A DNA stretch of 64,000 bases from Octopus vulgaris (GCA_951406725.2 OX597831.1:56110001-56174000); one strand, 5' to 3'; positions 13,729 through 27,929 are shown, counted from the stretch's first letter. Notes: generated by a model from the sequence alone, not told the origin. A program made the numbers and translations.

Positions 13729-14030
13729 CAGGATTTCGACAGCGATACAAGGGAAATAATGCAAGTTTTGTGTAAAAATTGAAAATATAAATAAATATAA
13801 GCAAGGGAGATAATCAGAAATCTAGTCTCCAACTATAATCAGATTACATTTGGTTAGGAAATAAACATATTAACGGGGCAGAGCACGAACAAGGGAACCC
13901 CCCCTTTTACAAAGCATTAACAGTGCCCCTCAAAGTAGACAGTCCTGCTCCCTCCGACTCCTGTGACGAAGACTGCGTTGGAAAATTTATATATATATAT
14001 GGATGATACTGGGGGTCGAAGGAAGCGGTA
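13729..14030 (-). promoter_or_regulatory. Possible promoter and non-coding first exon of an unidentified minus-strand gene
   Basis: Minus-strand donor CTG|GTGAGT (plus-strand ACTCAC at 13723-13728) inside a CpG-retaining, largely non-repetitive zone (~13.0-15.7 kb). No coding sequence was recognised. Confidence 0.35.
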
Positions 14031-14360
14031 ATTGTGAGGGTGTGATCTTACACGTTTTTATCTCATATTTCTTTCGGTCATGAGACTGCGGCGGCCTTGT
14101 ACTTTTTTAAAGGCCTGGTACCTCTTCCATCGGTCTGTTTTCCGAAACTGGTAAGTTACGTGAACATAAACAAACCAACACCAGTTGTTAAGCGGTGGTG
14201 GGGACAAAAACACACACGTGTGTTTATGTATGTCTATATATATATATACATATATATATACATATTAAAAATGGAGAAGGCCGACTTATGGGATTACCTT
14301 AAGTTTCTCGTCCAAAAAGGGTTTAGCTTTATGACGTACTGTCAGATCCCCAAAACACAC

Positions 14361-14415
<55 letters not shown>

Positions 14416-15299
14416 GATGGTCTTTTAGTTTCCGTCAATCAAATCCACTCACAAGGTTTTGGTCAGTCGGGGCTATAGTAGAAACCCAAGGTGCCAAAAT
14501 TAAGTCCCATGCAGTGGGACTGAACCTGAAACCATGTGGTTGGGAAACACACTTCTCAGCAACAGAGCTTAATTTTCAAAAAAATATTTGCAATCTGTAA
14601 ACTTGTATATGTACTATCTGGTAATAGTTACTGGTCGAAGTGTTTTGACATTTCAAGTGTCATTTAATGGTGATCAGTCTTGTCGACAGGTGTATTTATG
14701 TTAAATTGTAGCAAGGGAACTTTGGAAAAGGTGTTAGTAAAATTCAGGGCTTCGATAGTTAAAACAGGAAAAAGTGAAAAGCACTGCGTTAGAATACTTT
14801 GGAATTCTGTATTTTCGCTATTTGTTATATTTATTAAAGCATTCTTTTTATCGAAAGAATGCGTCATTATACTGATAAATTGTTTAAGACCGATGTATCG
14901 TGTAACTTAATGTGCTTTTATTTCATGTATAAAAAAAATAAAACTCTGGTTCTGACAGAAAGTATTAATTTATTGATGCTTAGTTGTGAATAGTTATTGT
15001 TAATCACTGGGCATTCAAAAATGTTTGCAGTGATTACTGGTTTGTCGAATTCAGCTGTTCCCCTGGAAATCTGCCAATCTTCTCGGTGCTATTGCGTAAA
15101 CGTCAATATAAAACAGTATTAGAATTCAGATTGTGTATCAATCTGACGCAATCTTGGAGAACAAGCATGAAATCATGCTCTAGTTTTGTTATTTCTATTT
15201 AACGCTTACACTTGTATTCATTGTTTACATTTTACATGTTTTAACAGGAATATTACATCATTTCGTTTCTGCGCATGAAATTAAAAAGTTATGTTTAAA

Positions 15300-15364
<65 letters not shown>

Positions 15365-16679
15365 GTTTATTTCAACCTGGTGTAGAATAGATACTTAACA
15401 AGTCGAACGAATTGCAGTGAATTGTGATCTTAAGTTCGTCGGCCCACTTTGAGATTTACACATGTACTTGGAAGGACTGAAAACCAATGTAAAACTGACA
15501 ACCAATACACATAATTATGTAAGAACTAAAATAGCAAGGCAATATATTAGTAGCTTGTGTATAACCTAAATGTTTTATACATTTCCATGTACGAAACTAA
15601 TAACTTCACTGTTTTGATTCTTACTTATAATTATTTTCATTTATAAAGTCGGAGATTGTATTTACATTGGGTTAATCCTTTCTACAGATAGAGTTCTTGA
15701 AGGATTATATCTTCTAAGAGATAATCGTGCTCTGCTGCTATTTCTAGCCCGCGGCGGACATCTGATATTTTATCTACCTGCCTCTATTGCCCTCCTTTTA
15801 AAGATATTTATAGTAACTATCTTTTGTTTTGAATAATAAGTGTTAGCATTTAAAATTAGAAGTAATGTAGCAAGTATTCATCCAAAATAAGGTACTCACT
15901 TCATCTAACAGAGGATGAAATTCTATTTTCCTCCCTGATATGTCTAGTATATCTCCTCCAGAAATTTATGTAGACTGGTTGCTCTAAACTTCCATGAAAA
16001 CATAATCTTATTCCAATTATTTTTGGAAAATTCAGTTATTTTCAGCAGACGTTAAAAAACATTTCATATATTCATTCCTAGTTCTTGAATGGCACCACTC
16101 AAAACTATCTAGACTAGATTTATTAGTTTATTTTGTTTTGTTTTTATTGGGTCTATCGTTGTTACACTTCATATGACAATTATCAGTATTCATCTTGGTT
16201 TTCTCATAATGCAAAACTTCTTTGAGTAATGGAGCAAATATGCGAAAAATGCTGATAATGATATTGATTTGTCATACTAGCAATATGCCAAATTTGTAGG
16301 AGAAGGGAGAGGTATATTGATTGAAACAACCTTCAGTATATAACTGACCTTTATTTTATTGATACTAGAGTGGTGAAAGGCAAAGTTGATCTCACCTGGA
16401 TTTGAAATCAGAATTTAAGGGACATGATTAAATACTGCAAGGCATTTAGCTCAGTACTTTACAATTAAAATTATCACTGCTAATCTTTTGTTGATTAACC
16501 CTTTTAATACTAACTCACCTGGGGCCAGCCTGAATCTATGATACAAACGTTCTATTTTAAAGTGATCTAAATCAAATCCTCCCATCAAAATTTCCTGTTA
16601 ATTTACATGTCAAACATCAGCTTGATAATAACTAAGTAATTTTACTAAATTCTTCAGGATCTTTCAAATATTGCAATCA

Positions 16680-16990
16680 ATATTTTTCTCAGTGGTGGCA
16701 ATTGTAGGACATCCAGACTTTGGGTCATCTTCAAGACTCTGCCTACCCTTCCTTCCTAAATTCAGCTGCTCGTTTTTGCACTGTCAATAAAGCTGGAGCA
16801 TCTTTTAATGCAGCAACCATGTCAGTATGAATGCCTTTGGGGGCTTCACTTTTTTTTTCTGCAGGTATTTGATAACACCATGATGCCAAATTTTGTCCAT
16901 TTTCAAAAGAAGTCGCTAATAGTTACATTTAAAGGCATTTTTGCACAGTCAGATGTCAGTTTACATGGAAAGAACCAATACAGTTATTAA
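16680..16990 (-). mobile_element. Mariner transposase 5' fragment
   Basis: Minus strand reads MDKIWHHGVIKYLQKK...IHTDMVAALKDAPALLTVQK...LEDDPKSGCPTIATTEKNI, with stops. Confidence 0.7.
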
Positions 16991-17239
16991 TAAGAAGGGT
17001 TGAAATTAATACATGCAAGATTTCACATCTCTAGCATCATTCCTTCATAGTCAGTAGTTTGCTTCCCAACCATATGAAATTAAGGCTGTGTATTTCAACA
17101 AAAACATGGTAAATAAAAGGGTTTAATAGCTTAGCCATCACTCACAAATGACCTAAGTCATGCTGATATCAGCAATTAACCAGTTTACGGTGGTGATACA
17201 TTCGGTTGCCTGTGCACAGCAACAATAATTGTGATTTAA

Positions 17240-17459
17240 CCCTTTAGTGTTTAAACTGGCCATTTCCGGCCAAAATATTCTACCTATTTTATGTTCAAAC
17301 TAGTCATATATGGTCATTCATAGCTACCTTATTATGTCATTTTAAAAATAAACAATCACATCATTGAAATCTCAAAGCCATGAAATGATGCAAGATTAAT
17401 TTTACATGGTGTGAATAAATAAGCTTTACATTTGACAGAATAATCTGAATGCTAAAGGG
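17240..17459. mobile_element. piggyBac-like MITE (TTAA TSD, CCCTTTAG termini)
   Basis: TTAA|CCCTTTAG...CTAAAGGG|TTAA. Related copies at ~20770-20993, 35380-35610, 35700-35890 and 59013-59642. Confidence 0.8.
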
Positions 17460-17734
17460 TTAAAGCATGTACATTGTGTGCATAAATTTACATCAATCAT
17501 TTTAAAAGGGTTAATTAGTCTAATCAAGTATTTTGAGTGTAGAGAATTTGAAATCCCTGCCTATTCTCTTTGCCCCAGCTGATGATCAATTTGCCAATGC
17601 AAGGGATCCTCTGAAATACTTAGGAACTGAAAGACTTCCTAAGCCTGTCACTCTTTTTGCTAAACCCTGAAGAGCTCAATTTCTTTGAGTGTCAGGAAGC
17701 AGCATTTAAAGTTGGTGTGTAGATAAATATACTT

Positions 17735-19560
17735 TGCTTGGTTCAGTCATTGGACTGCAGTCATGTTGAGGCATGTTGAGGCACAAATCAATCCCAGTAC
17801 ATATTTTCTTAAAGTATGGTACTTATTCTATCAGTTTCTTTTGCTAAACTGCAAAGTTACCGGAACATAAACAAACCAACACTGTTTGTGATGCAGTGGA
17901 GAGCACAAACACAAAGACACACATATACAATAGGCTTCCACACAGTTTGGAATAAAAAAAATAATAAAGACAGTTTCTGTCAACCAAATTTACTTACAAG
18001 GCATTGGCTGGCCCAGGCTAGAGTAGAAGACACTTGCTCATGATGCTGCATAATGGAACTGAACTCAGAATCACATGTTTGCAAAGCAAGCTTCTTAACC
18101 ACACAGCCATGCCTGTACCAATGAGTTTATGGTTACATCAAAATTTGGTGCAAAGACCCACGAGACTCTCTTTACTTATACCATTGTATTCAAAAAGGTC
18201 AAGATGATTATTTCAAACAGAAGCTTAACAAAATCCGTGTCCTTCAAACCTTCAGTTTCTACCTTATTGGTGATATATACAGAAGAAAATAGAAAATAGT
18301 GAGAAAAATCACTAAAGACTAATAAGTCTAATGCATCCTTCATCCTTTACATTTTTCAGTCATTAGACTATGGCCATCTGGGGCACCACCTCAAAGAATT
18401 TTTAGTCAAATGAATCAACCCCTGTACTTATTTTCTTTTGTTAAGCCTAGTACTTATTCTCTCGGTCTCTTTTGCTAAACCACTAAGTAATGGGGATGTA
18501 AATATACCAACACCAGTTGTCAAGCGATGGTAGGAGGGACAAACACAGAACTCAAATACACACACATATATAGACAACAGGCTTCTTTCTATTTCCATCT
18601 ACCAGATCCACTCACAAGGCTTTGATCAGCCTGAGACTATAATAGAAGACACTTGCTCAAGGTGCCACACAGTGGAACTGAACCCAGAACCATGTGATAA
18701 AGAAGCAAGCTTCTTACCACACAGCCACGCCTGTGCCTATTTTAATAGAAAACAAAAGCATTATTATTATCATGGCCATCATCACTTAGTTTGACTACTC
18801 CTGACAAGAAAACAGAAGTTAAACAAAATTGCCATGCACTGTTTGGCACTTCCCCAAACACATACAGTACATGAATGAGGTAGATTAATTCTGTTAATAT
18901 GCTGAGTGAATTACCATTTGTCTGTTGGAAATGGCTGGATGCCATTTCTTGTATAAAACCAAGTGTGTGTATACACACAGATACGAAACATAGATCAAGG
19001 CAGTAGGGTAACAATCTAACTACTTACAAACAACATACTGCTAAACCTTACATACTATCTCTGATAACCTTTCACATTCTTAACATAGCCAAGGATACAT
19101 CATATAAAGGGTTTTCTTTTCAGATCTGAATAGCTGTTAATTCCATGTATAACCTACACAAGTGAAAGTATGGCTGTGTGGTAAGAAGTTTTCTTCCCAA
19201 CCACATGGTTGATGGTTCAGTCCCACTGCACAGCACCTCGGGTAAATGTCTTCTACTATAACCTCAGGCCAACCAAAGCCTTGTGGGTAGATTTGGTAGA
19301 TGGAGACTGAAAGAAGCCTGTTCTATTTGTGTGTGCGTGTGTCTTTATGTATGTGTTTGACCCCCACCTCTGCTTGGCAACCAGTATTGGTATGTTTACA
19401 TACCTGTAACTTAGCAGTTCAGCAAAGGAGTCCAATAGACTAAGTGCCAGACTTTACAAAAAATAATATGTACTAGGGTCAATAAGTTTGACTAAAATTC
19501 TTTAAAGCAGTGCCCCAGCATGGCCACAGTGTAATAACTAAAACCAATAAAACATAAAAG
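17735..19560. mobile_element. Cluster of older family-A-related SINEs (17735-18115 -, 18345-18740 -, 19170-19555 +)
   Basis: Diverged matches to the family A head, CORE-like segment and tail. Other diverged copies at ~500-780, 14060-14560, 29480-29700, 34070-34190, 36720-37050, 37228-37400, 39560-39930, 43330-44040, 57520-57860, 58465-58820 and 61240-61450. Confidence 0.8.
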
Positions 19561-19768
19561 ATATTTCTTACAAAAAAAAAAATAAATATGTCTTCAGTGT
19601 AATTAATTGTCCCTGAATATTTCACAGCTGTTTCTTTTCTGAACTGCAAACTATATACTGCTTTCATTTGTCTCAGCTTATATAACAGACTGGTGAGTGT
19701 TAGAGTGTAACATGTGGTTCTCAACAAAGCCATCTGATGCACTGAGAGTAGTGGTTGGTAGAATCATT

Positions 19769-20154
19769 GGTGGAAGCACTCCATCGGTTATGACGATGAG
19801 GGTTCCGGTTGATCCGAATCAACGGAACAGCCTGCTCGTGAAATTAACGTGTAAGTGGCTGAGCACTCCACAGACACGTGTACCCTTAACGTAGTTCTCG
19901 GGGATATTCAGCGTGACACAGAGAGTGACAAGGCCGGCCCTTTGAAATACAGGTATAACAGAAACAGGAAGTAAGAGTGAGAGAAAGTTGTGGTGAAAGA
20001 GTACAGCAGGGATCACCACCATCCCTGCCAGAGCCTCGTGGAGCTTTAGGTGTTTTCGCTCAATAAACACTCACAATGCCCGGTCTGGGAATCAAAACCG
20101 TGATCCTATGACCGCGAATCCGCTGCCCTAACCACTGGGCCATTGCGCCTCCAC
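19769..20154 (-). mobile_element. tRNA-derived SINE, family B, full length with 12-bp TSD
   Basis: Minus-strand head GGAGGCGCAATGGCCCAGTGGTTAGGGCAGCGGATTCGCGGTCATAGG...GATTCC. TSD GGTAGAATCATT at 19757-19768 and 20155-20166. Related heads at 2308-2590 (two in tandem), 53458-53570 and 56555-56800. Confidence 0.9.
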
Positions 20155-21539
20155 GGTAGAATCATTAGAGCATCAGACAAATGGCTTGTAGTATTTATCC
20201 TGGTTCAATCTATTCTGAATTTAAATCAAGTCAAAATCAACTTTTTCCCAGGATTTACAAAAGTGAAGTAAAAAGAACTGGTGCTGGTGCCACTTAAAAA
20301 AGCGCTGGTGATAGTATGACATAAAAAGCACACAGTACACTCTGTGGAGTGGTTGTCATTAGGAAGGGCATCCAGCTATAGAAAGCAGACCAAAACAGAA
20401 TATGGAACCTGGTGTGGCCCCTGACCATACCAGCTTGTCAAGCCATCCAACCCGTGCTAGTATGGAGAACAGACATTCAATGGGGATGATGATGCGGAGG
20501 AGGCAATCAAGGACTGGGTCAATTTACTCAACTAATCTCTTCAACAGATTTTTTGCGGTCTTGTACTTTTGTAAAAAATTATTATATCTACAGTGGTAGA
20601 GCTGTAAATTACACCTAGTTATTCAACCAACTAATTTTGTACCATAGATCTGCTTGATCAAGATTGCCCAAGGCTTATACTACAACTGAACACAACTTCT
20701 GCCAAAAGTCACTGAATGCCCTAGCTTGTTATTCTGTTACCCGGCTTGTATATCACACATGTATCTTGATTCTTTGGCATTTAAAACAACCATATTAGAC
20801 CCAAATATTTTACCTAGTTTATGTTCAAATAAGCCAGATCCAGCCTCTTACACCTACTCTACAATGTCATTCTAAAAATAAACAACCATATAATCAAAAT
20901 TTGAAAGTTTCAAGGTAATGCATAATTAACTCAAAACAATGTGAATATATAAGTATTACATTTGACAAAGTAATCTGAATGCTAAAGGGTTAAGCCATTT
21001 TTTTCTAGAAACACATCCCTTTCAAACTTATTCCTGTACAGGAATTTCCTCTTCCAGCCTCAAATATATCATTATCTACTGTAACTTCAACTACCCCTTT
21101 ACTTCAGTCTCAGAGAGTCTGTAAAGTCTACTGAGACATCTCCATTCTCTTCAGACTCATTAGTGAAAAGTATACCAGAATATACAGAGAAACATAGAAA
21201 ATTACACAAGGATATATGTTTTCCTATTTTTGGTTTTGTTATGGGATAAATTGATGAAATTAGTAATGGTTCTAGCAAAGTAGAAATTATCAAAGTATTT
21301 CATCATTCCTGTGGTCATTACAGAAGTTTCTGTGTTTAAGTTAAAATGCATTGTTTTTAGAAAAAATAAGAATAGTAATATTGGTTTCGATGTCTGACAT
21401 AGGCACAGGTCAAGTCTGGTCAGGTGGGGGAAGGGCATGCACTATTGCAGTGTGTTACTGCATTCACTATTGTTGCAGTATTTCCAGGTCCTCCCATGCA
21501 GCCCATCAAGCAGAGTCCTAGTTAGTCCCCATCTCCACG

Positions 21540-22410
21540 AGATACCTGTTCATCTGCTGTGACCATGTAGCATGTAGTTGATCAACATGAGCCATCAACC
21601 CAACCAGATCCTTAGAGAAGAGAACACAGTAAGCAGGGCCAACTCAGAAAATCAAGCAACATGACCAATCAGTCTCAGCTGACACTCCTGAATCATATAG
21701 GATGCATCCCAATTTCTGAATAGAATTGTTGTTTAGATACAAAATTCAACCAATGGTAGCCCATAATCCTATGAAACATCCTGGTACTAAATGATTTTAG
21801 GCAGCTTCTAAGGGCCCCAGACTATCCAAGTCTCATAATTATAGAGCAGAACAGGGAGGCCCAGAGACCTCACTGCCAAGATAAGTGAAGCAGTCAACAA
21901 GTTCAACATTCTCACATGCAACACAGACAGACAAGGTAGAGTTCTCCAAGAAGCCAATGAAGGACTGAATCTTTGTCTTGATTCAAGAAAGTTTAAAGCC
22001 AAGTAGTTCCACTTTCTCATTCAGTGAAAGGAGAGCACTCCTTAAGACATCCAGGAACTCTCAGCAAGAATTACTGCATCATCAGCAAAATCTAAGTCTG
22101 TAATCCTAGATTCACCAATGAGTTCACCACAACTCATCTGAACCACTATTTGGCCAAGTACCCAATCCATGCAGGCATTGAACAGAGTGGGAGCCAAGAC
22201 ACAACCCTGATGGACCTCCAGATCTGACTGAGAAAAAGTCAGATGTTGAGCCCCCAATCTGAACCACGGAGATTGTTCTAGTGTGCAAGGTCTCCATTAG
22301 TCCAATCAGTTGAGGAGATATACCTTGCAGCTCCAGAATCATCCAAAGCACATCCCTGTCCACCAAGTCAAATGCTTTGTGGAGGTCAACATTGGCTGCA
22401 AGCAGTCCCT
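21540..22410 (-). mobile_element. RTE-like LINE reverse transcriptase fragment (pseudogenised)
   Basis: VDLHKAFDLVDRDVLW...VHQGCVLAPTLFNACMDWV...DLDFADDAVILAES spans frameshifted ORFs. Confidence 0.88.
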
Positions 22411-22640
22411 GTTCAGAAGCACATATCTTCAAATTTACGAGGAACAAGATTTGGAAATGGCATGATGTTCACACACATGCACGGCTTATCTTTTGCAAGT
22501 CATTAGTGAACATGTCTCTCACTGGTCTTGCTCCAGTTAGGAGATGTGACATATGAAACAAGTAAATGTCTAGTCTTGTCTGTATATACACCTTCAATTG
22601 AGTAGTAGAAAATATTACTGTCAGTACATTATCTACATTA

Positions 22641-22810
22641 TTTACATTCGACGGATATTTATCCTCATCGTGTTTGTTGTTAACACAGTATTTCAGCTGA
22701 TACACCCTCCAGCCTTCTTCAGGTGTCTTGGGGAAGGCTGGAGGGTATATCAGCCAAAATGTTGTGTTAACAACAAACAAGATTAGGACAAATATCCGTC
22801 GAATGTAAAT
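22641..22810. mobile_element. Inverted pair of Penelope-type terminal repeats with hammerhead-like core
   Basis: ~75-bp arms in inverted orientation around a ~14-nt spacer. Minus strand CTGAAGA-AGGCTG..CAGCT-GAAA at 22691-22722. Confidence 0.7.
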
Positions 22811-22849
22811 AACTCCTCATCTCTTAAATAAAGAACTGCATCACTGTCA

Positions 22850-24990
22850 ATGAGAATAACATTAGTGCTAACATATAGCCCTGCTTGACTCCTACTGCAT
22901 CATCAAACAATTCAGTACTAGAGTTCATATGTATGGCCTGAACCTTCATACTTCTGAGTATCAGCCATGGATTCAATCATTTACTGTGTTCTTTATGAAG
23001 TTGATGAAAACTGGATGGAAGCTTTTGTTATATTCTACATATTTCTTCTGGATCCGCCATAGGCAGAACACCATATCCACGGTGCTTCTTTCCTTTCTCA
23101 ATCCCATGTTGAATTTCAGATAATTTTCTCATTCAGTTGGATGAACAATTCTCTGGCAAGTACTTCTCTGACTCTTGTTCCTGTCGCCATTCTGGAATAT
23201 GAAACTAACAAGTTTTATGAATTGTGGGACATCAACAGCCTTCCTGATGGAAATAAGTAATGAAATTGTTTCCATTCTTTCCACATTTCTGCTGATAGGT
23301 TTTCTTTAGACTTTCTATCTTTCTGAAAATGATCTCATTTCAATCAATACCTCTTCACTGTCAATAAAGTTTCCCAACATTCGTATTCTGAGCAATTGCT
23401 CTAAGTACTTTGCAAGCAGTCAAGTATTTGTCCTTCTTCCTGTAATATTGTTGATCCACCAACTTGCTACAGATGAGTGTCCCTTTTTTCTAAGTCTGAA
23501 TACATCCTTCAATCCAGTATAAAAGCTGTGCATATCATTAAAATCAGCCCTATGGATTGCAACTCAGTCACATTGTTTTCCAATCACTTCACCTTCATTG
23601 TCTGGATGTACTGTTGTAATCTCCTCTTGGCTTCTCTGAATCTAGTAAAGCTTGATAGAGTATTGAGAGCCTGAAGATATTTCTGGAAACTTTGCTGCAT
23701 TATTCTAGCAACAAAGCAAAGGTGATATCCTTGCAAGCAAACTTAACTTGATATTTCCTTTTTGCTTTACAAATCACATCTTTAGCTATGTCATATACTA
23801 TAATGTGAAGCAAGGACCATTTTGCATTCATATAATAAATACTACTTGGTCACTATTGTTATTTCCAAGGATTCCAAAGCTGCTCTTTCAGAATGTCCTT
23901 TACATTCCTCTCTGTTATGTCATCAGTTTAATAGGCTTAGAAGTCCTTGTCTGTTCTGTTTCAAGATTACTGGGAAGGCTTTCTTTAATGGAGGCACTTT
24001 GTGGTCTGTGTTACAGTTTTCCCCCTCCCATCACCTATGTAATCAATACATTTCTTTCTTTCTACCTAGTTAGGATGCAGACTAAGATAGTGTTTCCCAA
24101 AGTAAGTTCCATGAAAAATATTCTGGAGTTTTGCAAGATAAGGTGACTTTTAATAAACTTTAATAATTTTTTTTTATCAAACAAATGCTATTCTCTATTT
24201 CCAAAATAAGTTATCGCGTGTGTGTGTGTTTTATTATATAAATTCTCTTTACAACAATTTATGTTTCATTCAATGTCTTATTTAAAAAAGGATGGTGGGT
24301 TTAATCTGTGAAATATTGATAGAGTTTCAGGGATTTTTGAGAAATCATGTAATGAATTTCATGTCAAAACAGGTTTGGGCACTGCTGGTCTTAGAGATAC
24401 CAATGCTTTGGGCATGAAGGCGTCCAGATCACTTTTCATTCTTCTTTTTATTTGAAAATGTTGATAATGATGAGTTCCTGCTTGGGACACAAAATGAAAA
24501 GTTCCCCATTTGAGTTGTACCTTTCCACATGTTTACCAATAACATCAGGCCACTCCTCTGCATTTTGTCCAATACAGGCATTGAAAATACCTATTATCAA
24601 CTTGTCTGTCTGGGGTACAGTACATATGTTCATTCACAGAGTACTGCAGAACACAGCTTTCATACCATCAGGGTTGACCATTATAAGAGCATTTAACACT
24701 GATCAAAGTGATATAACATCCTTTCTAAAAGGAACTCTCAAATACATTATCCAGTCATTGATCTTTAGTCTAATTTGGCAAATATCAATTATTTTTTTTT
24801 TTTGTAATGACAAAGCTAACCCTACACATGTGTCTCTGCTTTGCTGGTTTCCTACTTCAAAAGAATGTGAATCTTCTATGCATATTATTGTCATATTCTG
24901 GTTGTCTTATGCCTCAAAGAACAGCTATATTGATGCTGTATCCTTCCAATTCCATTGCAGAAAGGGTGGTTCTCTTTTCTGGTTGATCAC
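22850..24990 (-). mobile_element. Old RTE/BovB-like LINE (AP endonuclease and RT remnants, interrupted)
   Basis: 24448-24633 gives DKLIIGIFNACIGQNAEEWPDVIGKH...NSNGELF...ELIIIN (endonuclease). ~23000-23100 gives RKGRSTVDMVFCL (RT). Confidence 0.7.
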
Positions 24991-26582
24991 TCTTCTTATC
25001 TGTCAACTAACATTCTAACAGTCCACTGAACCAAATAAAGGCTCAATTTCTTGCATATGAGTTAATTTTTCATGGCTTTTTGGAGTAGGGACAATCAATT
25101 CAACCTTTCATAAATCCTATTGGTGACTGATCTGCTATACTTTTGATCTTTCAACATCATTTCATGTGATTTTTAGCAGATGCAGCAGCAAACTTTTAGG
25201 AACATTGTGATTGACTCATATTCTTGACTATTTGCAATGATCACATCATTTTCTTTTGGCACAAAATGCTTTTATAGAAATAATATGTGATTGGTTTACT
25301 TAACTAATGTCACATAATCAAATTTTCTTATTTTTGGCACATTCTTTTATCCATGTAGTTTCATGTGAGCTTAGTTAAAATCTTAAAAAAAGCAACTTTT
25401 ATCAATTCAACACAGTTGAATAGTTGTAAGGCAAATCAATGCAACACAGCCTTCTTATTCACACACACACATACAAATCATTTCGTTTGTACCACATATC
25501 TAAAATATTTGTTTCATGTTAATTTTTTCTAAATATGTGATAACATGATTGTCACATCCAAATGATCTAACTGATCATTTCATTATGACAGATGAATTCT
25601 TTAGTGACCATTTAATCCAATGAACTCTGATAATTATTATAAACAACATATGCAAATATTATTCAAGTAAACTTTTTGCTATGTAATTTACTGCTGTCAT
25701 TTTATCTTGTGTGTATTTTGTGGATCCACTGTGATCCCTTTAATTTTCATGAACAATAATAAAAACAGGGTGATGATTTTTCTAGTTGGTTATCCTGACT
25801 GATGCATCTCTAGGTGGTAACACTTGGAGGTGAAGATTTTCAGGTGGCTCAAGGTAAGATTGACACATTTACTCAGCTCAAAAATTTTTATTTACAATCT
25901 TCATCTGACCATGGCAAGCAATATCTTCCAAACTGCTGTGTGATGATTCCTCATTATTCAGTGGCTTCTACAAAACAGATTTTTAAAGCATGAAATGAAG
26001 CATGGTACTTGTAATAACTGGATGAATTAAACAAAGTACACCAAACTGAAGTGTAGTTTTTCTGTAGAAATGCCAAGCAAATCACTATCTGAGGTATAAC
26101 GCCACTAAGTCTATAAGAATAGGATATTTTTTGGCTAGTTCCAACATTTCAGGTGAAACTTTACTGAGAAAATAACAATAGACTGAAACAGCTTTTTTTA
26201 GAGAAGTCACTTTGACATAAATACAATCAAAATTCAGATCTGAGAACACTAGAAATTAATGAATTTTGCTTATCCTATAAGCTGAAGTATCACCATGGAT
26301 GTGTACCACACTCTGCTATTTGAGTTCTGAGTATTGACAATATAAACAGAAGTCCTTCAGTTAACTATATGGAAAGTGTCGAAACAAAGGATGCAACTAC
26401 CCTTCTACATTCCTGAAAATGGTTCAAAAAGAATTGGCCATTCACAATGAAGAGTGGAAAGCATCATGTACTATTTTTTTGAATTTTGAGTACTTGTAGT
26501 TGCAGTTCATTTTGGAATATGGTATACACTGTTTTCCTCTCTAAATGTTGTATTTAGCTATAAATATTTTGTAAAATTATAT

Positions 26583-26964
26583 ACTCTTTACTCTTTTACT
26601 CTTTTACTTGTTTCAGACAGTTGACTGTGGCCATGCTGGAGCACCACCTTTAGTCAAGCAAATCGACCCCGGAACTTATTCTTTGTAAGCCCAGTACTTA
26701 TTTTATCTGTCTCTTTTGCCGAACCGCTAAGTGACGGGGACATAAACACACCAGCATCGGTTGTCAAGCAATGCTAGGAGGACGAACACAGACACACAAA
26801 CACACACACACATATATATATATACATATATACGACAGGCTTCTTTCAGTTTCCGTCTACCAAATCCATTCACAAGGCATTGGTCGGCCCGGGGCTATAG
26901 CAGAAGACACTTGCTCAAGATGCCACGCAGTAGGACTGAACCCGGAACCATGTGGTTGGTTAGC
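26583..26964 (-). mobile_element. SINE family A, slightly 5'-truncated, (TAAAAGAG)n tail
   Basis: Reverse-complement match to family A. Tail repeats ctctttta x3. Confidence 0.9.
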
Positions 26965-27089
26965 TGTATATATTTTGTAAAATTATATATATATTTTGTA
27001 AAATATATTTTGATATAATTATTGCAACTTTAGTTAATTATGGAACATAATGTATACCACTGTTTACTCCTATCATGACTAAACTATCT

Positions 27090-27905
27090 AAACCAATAGC
27101 CTTCAGGAAGCTGCCTTTCTTGAAGATGATCTTTACATGGTCATGGAGTGGGGTAATGACTGGTTGGTAACAACACTAGCAAGATAAAGCTTTTGTTAAT
27201 TAATCCTTATAGGTAATCATTACCTCCCTCTATTGATATGGGTAATGTTGATCTTTCAAAAAGCTATAGTATCCATCTTCTTGGTTTGACTTGGAACAAA
27301 TATGTTCAGTCCATTACTATGGCAGTCACCAAAAAGGTTGGATCTCTCTTCTGTGCTTGAAAATTTCATACACCTGAGAGTACCTTGTATCTCTATAGGG
27401 CCACCATTCAACTTTGCATTGAATATTGCTGTCATCTTTGGGCTGATGCCCCCCCTTGAGAGTCTTAACTTGCTTGATCAAATTCAAAATCAAATTAACA
27501 TGATGAGTCCTTTTCTTTCCACTAGACTGGAGTCTGTGACTCACTAAACGTATTTTCATTGTGTCTTTTCTATACATATTTCCATGGTCATTGCCCTGAT
27601 GAGCTTTCTGATCAAGTACCCTCTGTCAAGACCTTTAAAATGTCATTTGCTTCTCTGCCTATGTGCATTGTTTATTTCACTGTTGAATTTCCAGTTAATC
27701 AGAAGCCCTTTTTATGACAATAGTTTCTTTCCTCAAACTGCTGTTCTCTGGAATTCACTATCAGCCCCTTATTTTCCTCTGGTCTACCTGTTTTTAGCTT
27801 TCTGTCAATTGACAGCCTTTGAAATGCATCGGCCTCTTCTTTTCCTTCTTTTCAGTCCCTTATGTTACAGTGGTTTCAAGCTTTGTTTGGGACAAATCAT
27901 ATAAA
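27090..27905 (+). mobile_element. Non-LTR retrotransposon 3' fragment (CR1/Jockey-group-like)
   Basis: Degraded WGNDWLV...EYCCHLW...LLDQIQ...YFHGHCPDELS...NSFFPQTAVLWNSL, ending in an A-rich tail. Confidence 0.7.
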
Positions 27906-27929
27906 AAATATCTTTCTCAGGTTTCGATA

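Noticed and set aside
20080-20154. tRNA gene
   Set aside because: The tRNA-like head is continuous with a SINE body bounded by a 12-bp TSD. The same applies to the other SINE heads.
25740-26520. Possible decayed MULE-like transposase on the minus strand
   Set aside because: Only a vague VLPP...RK-type resemblance with many stops, which cannot be supported without a search.
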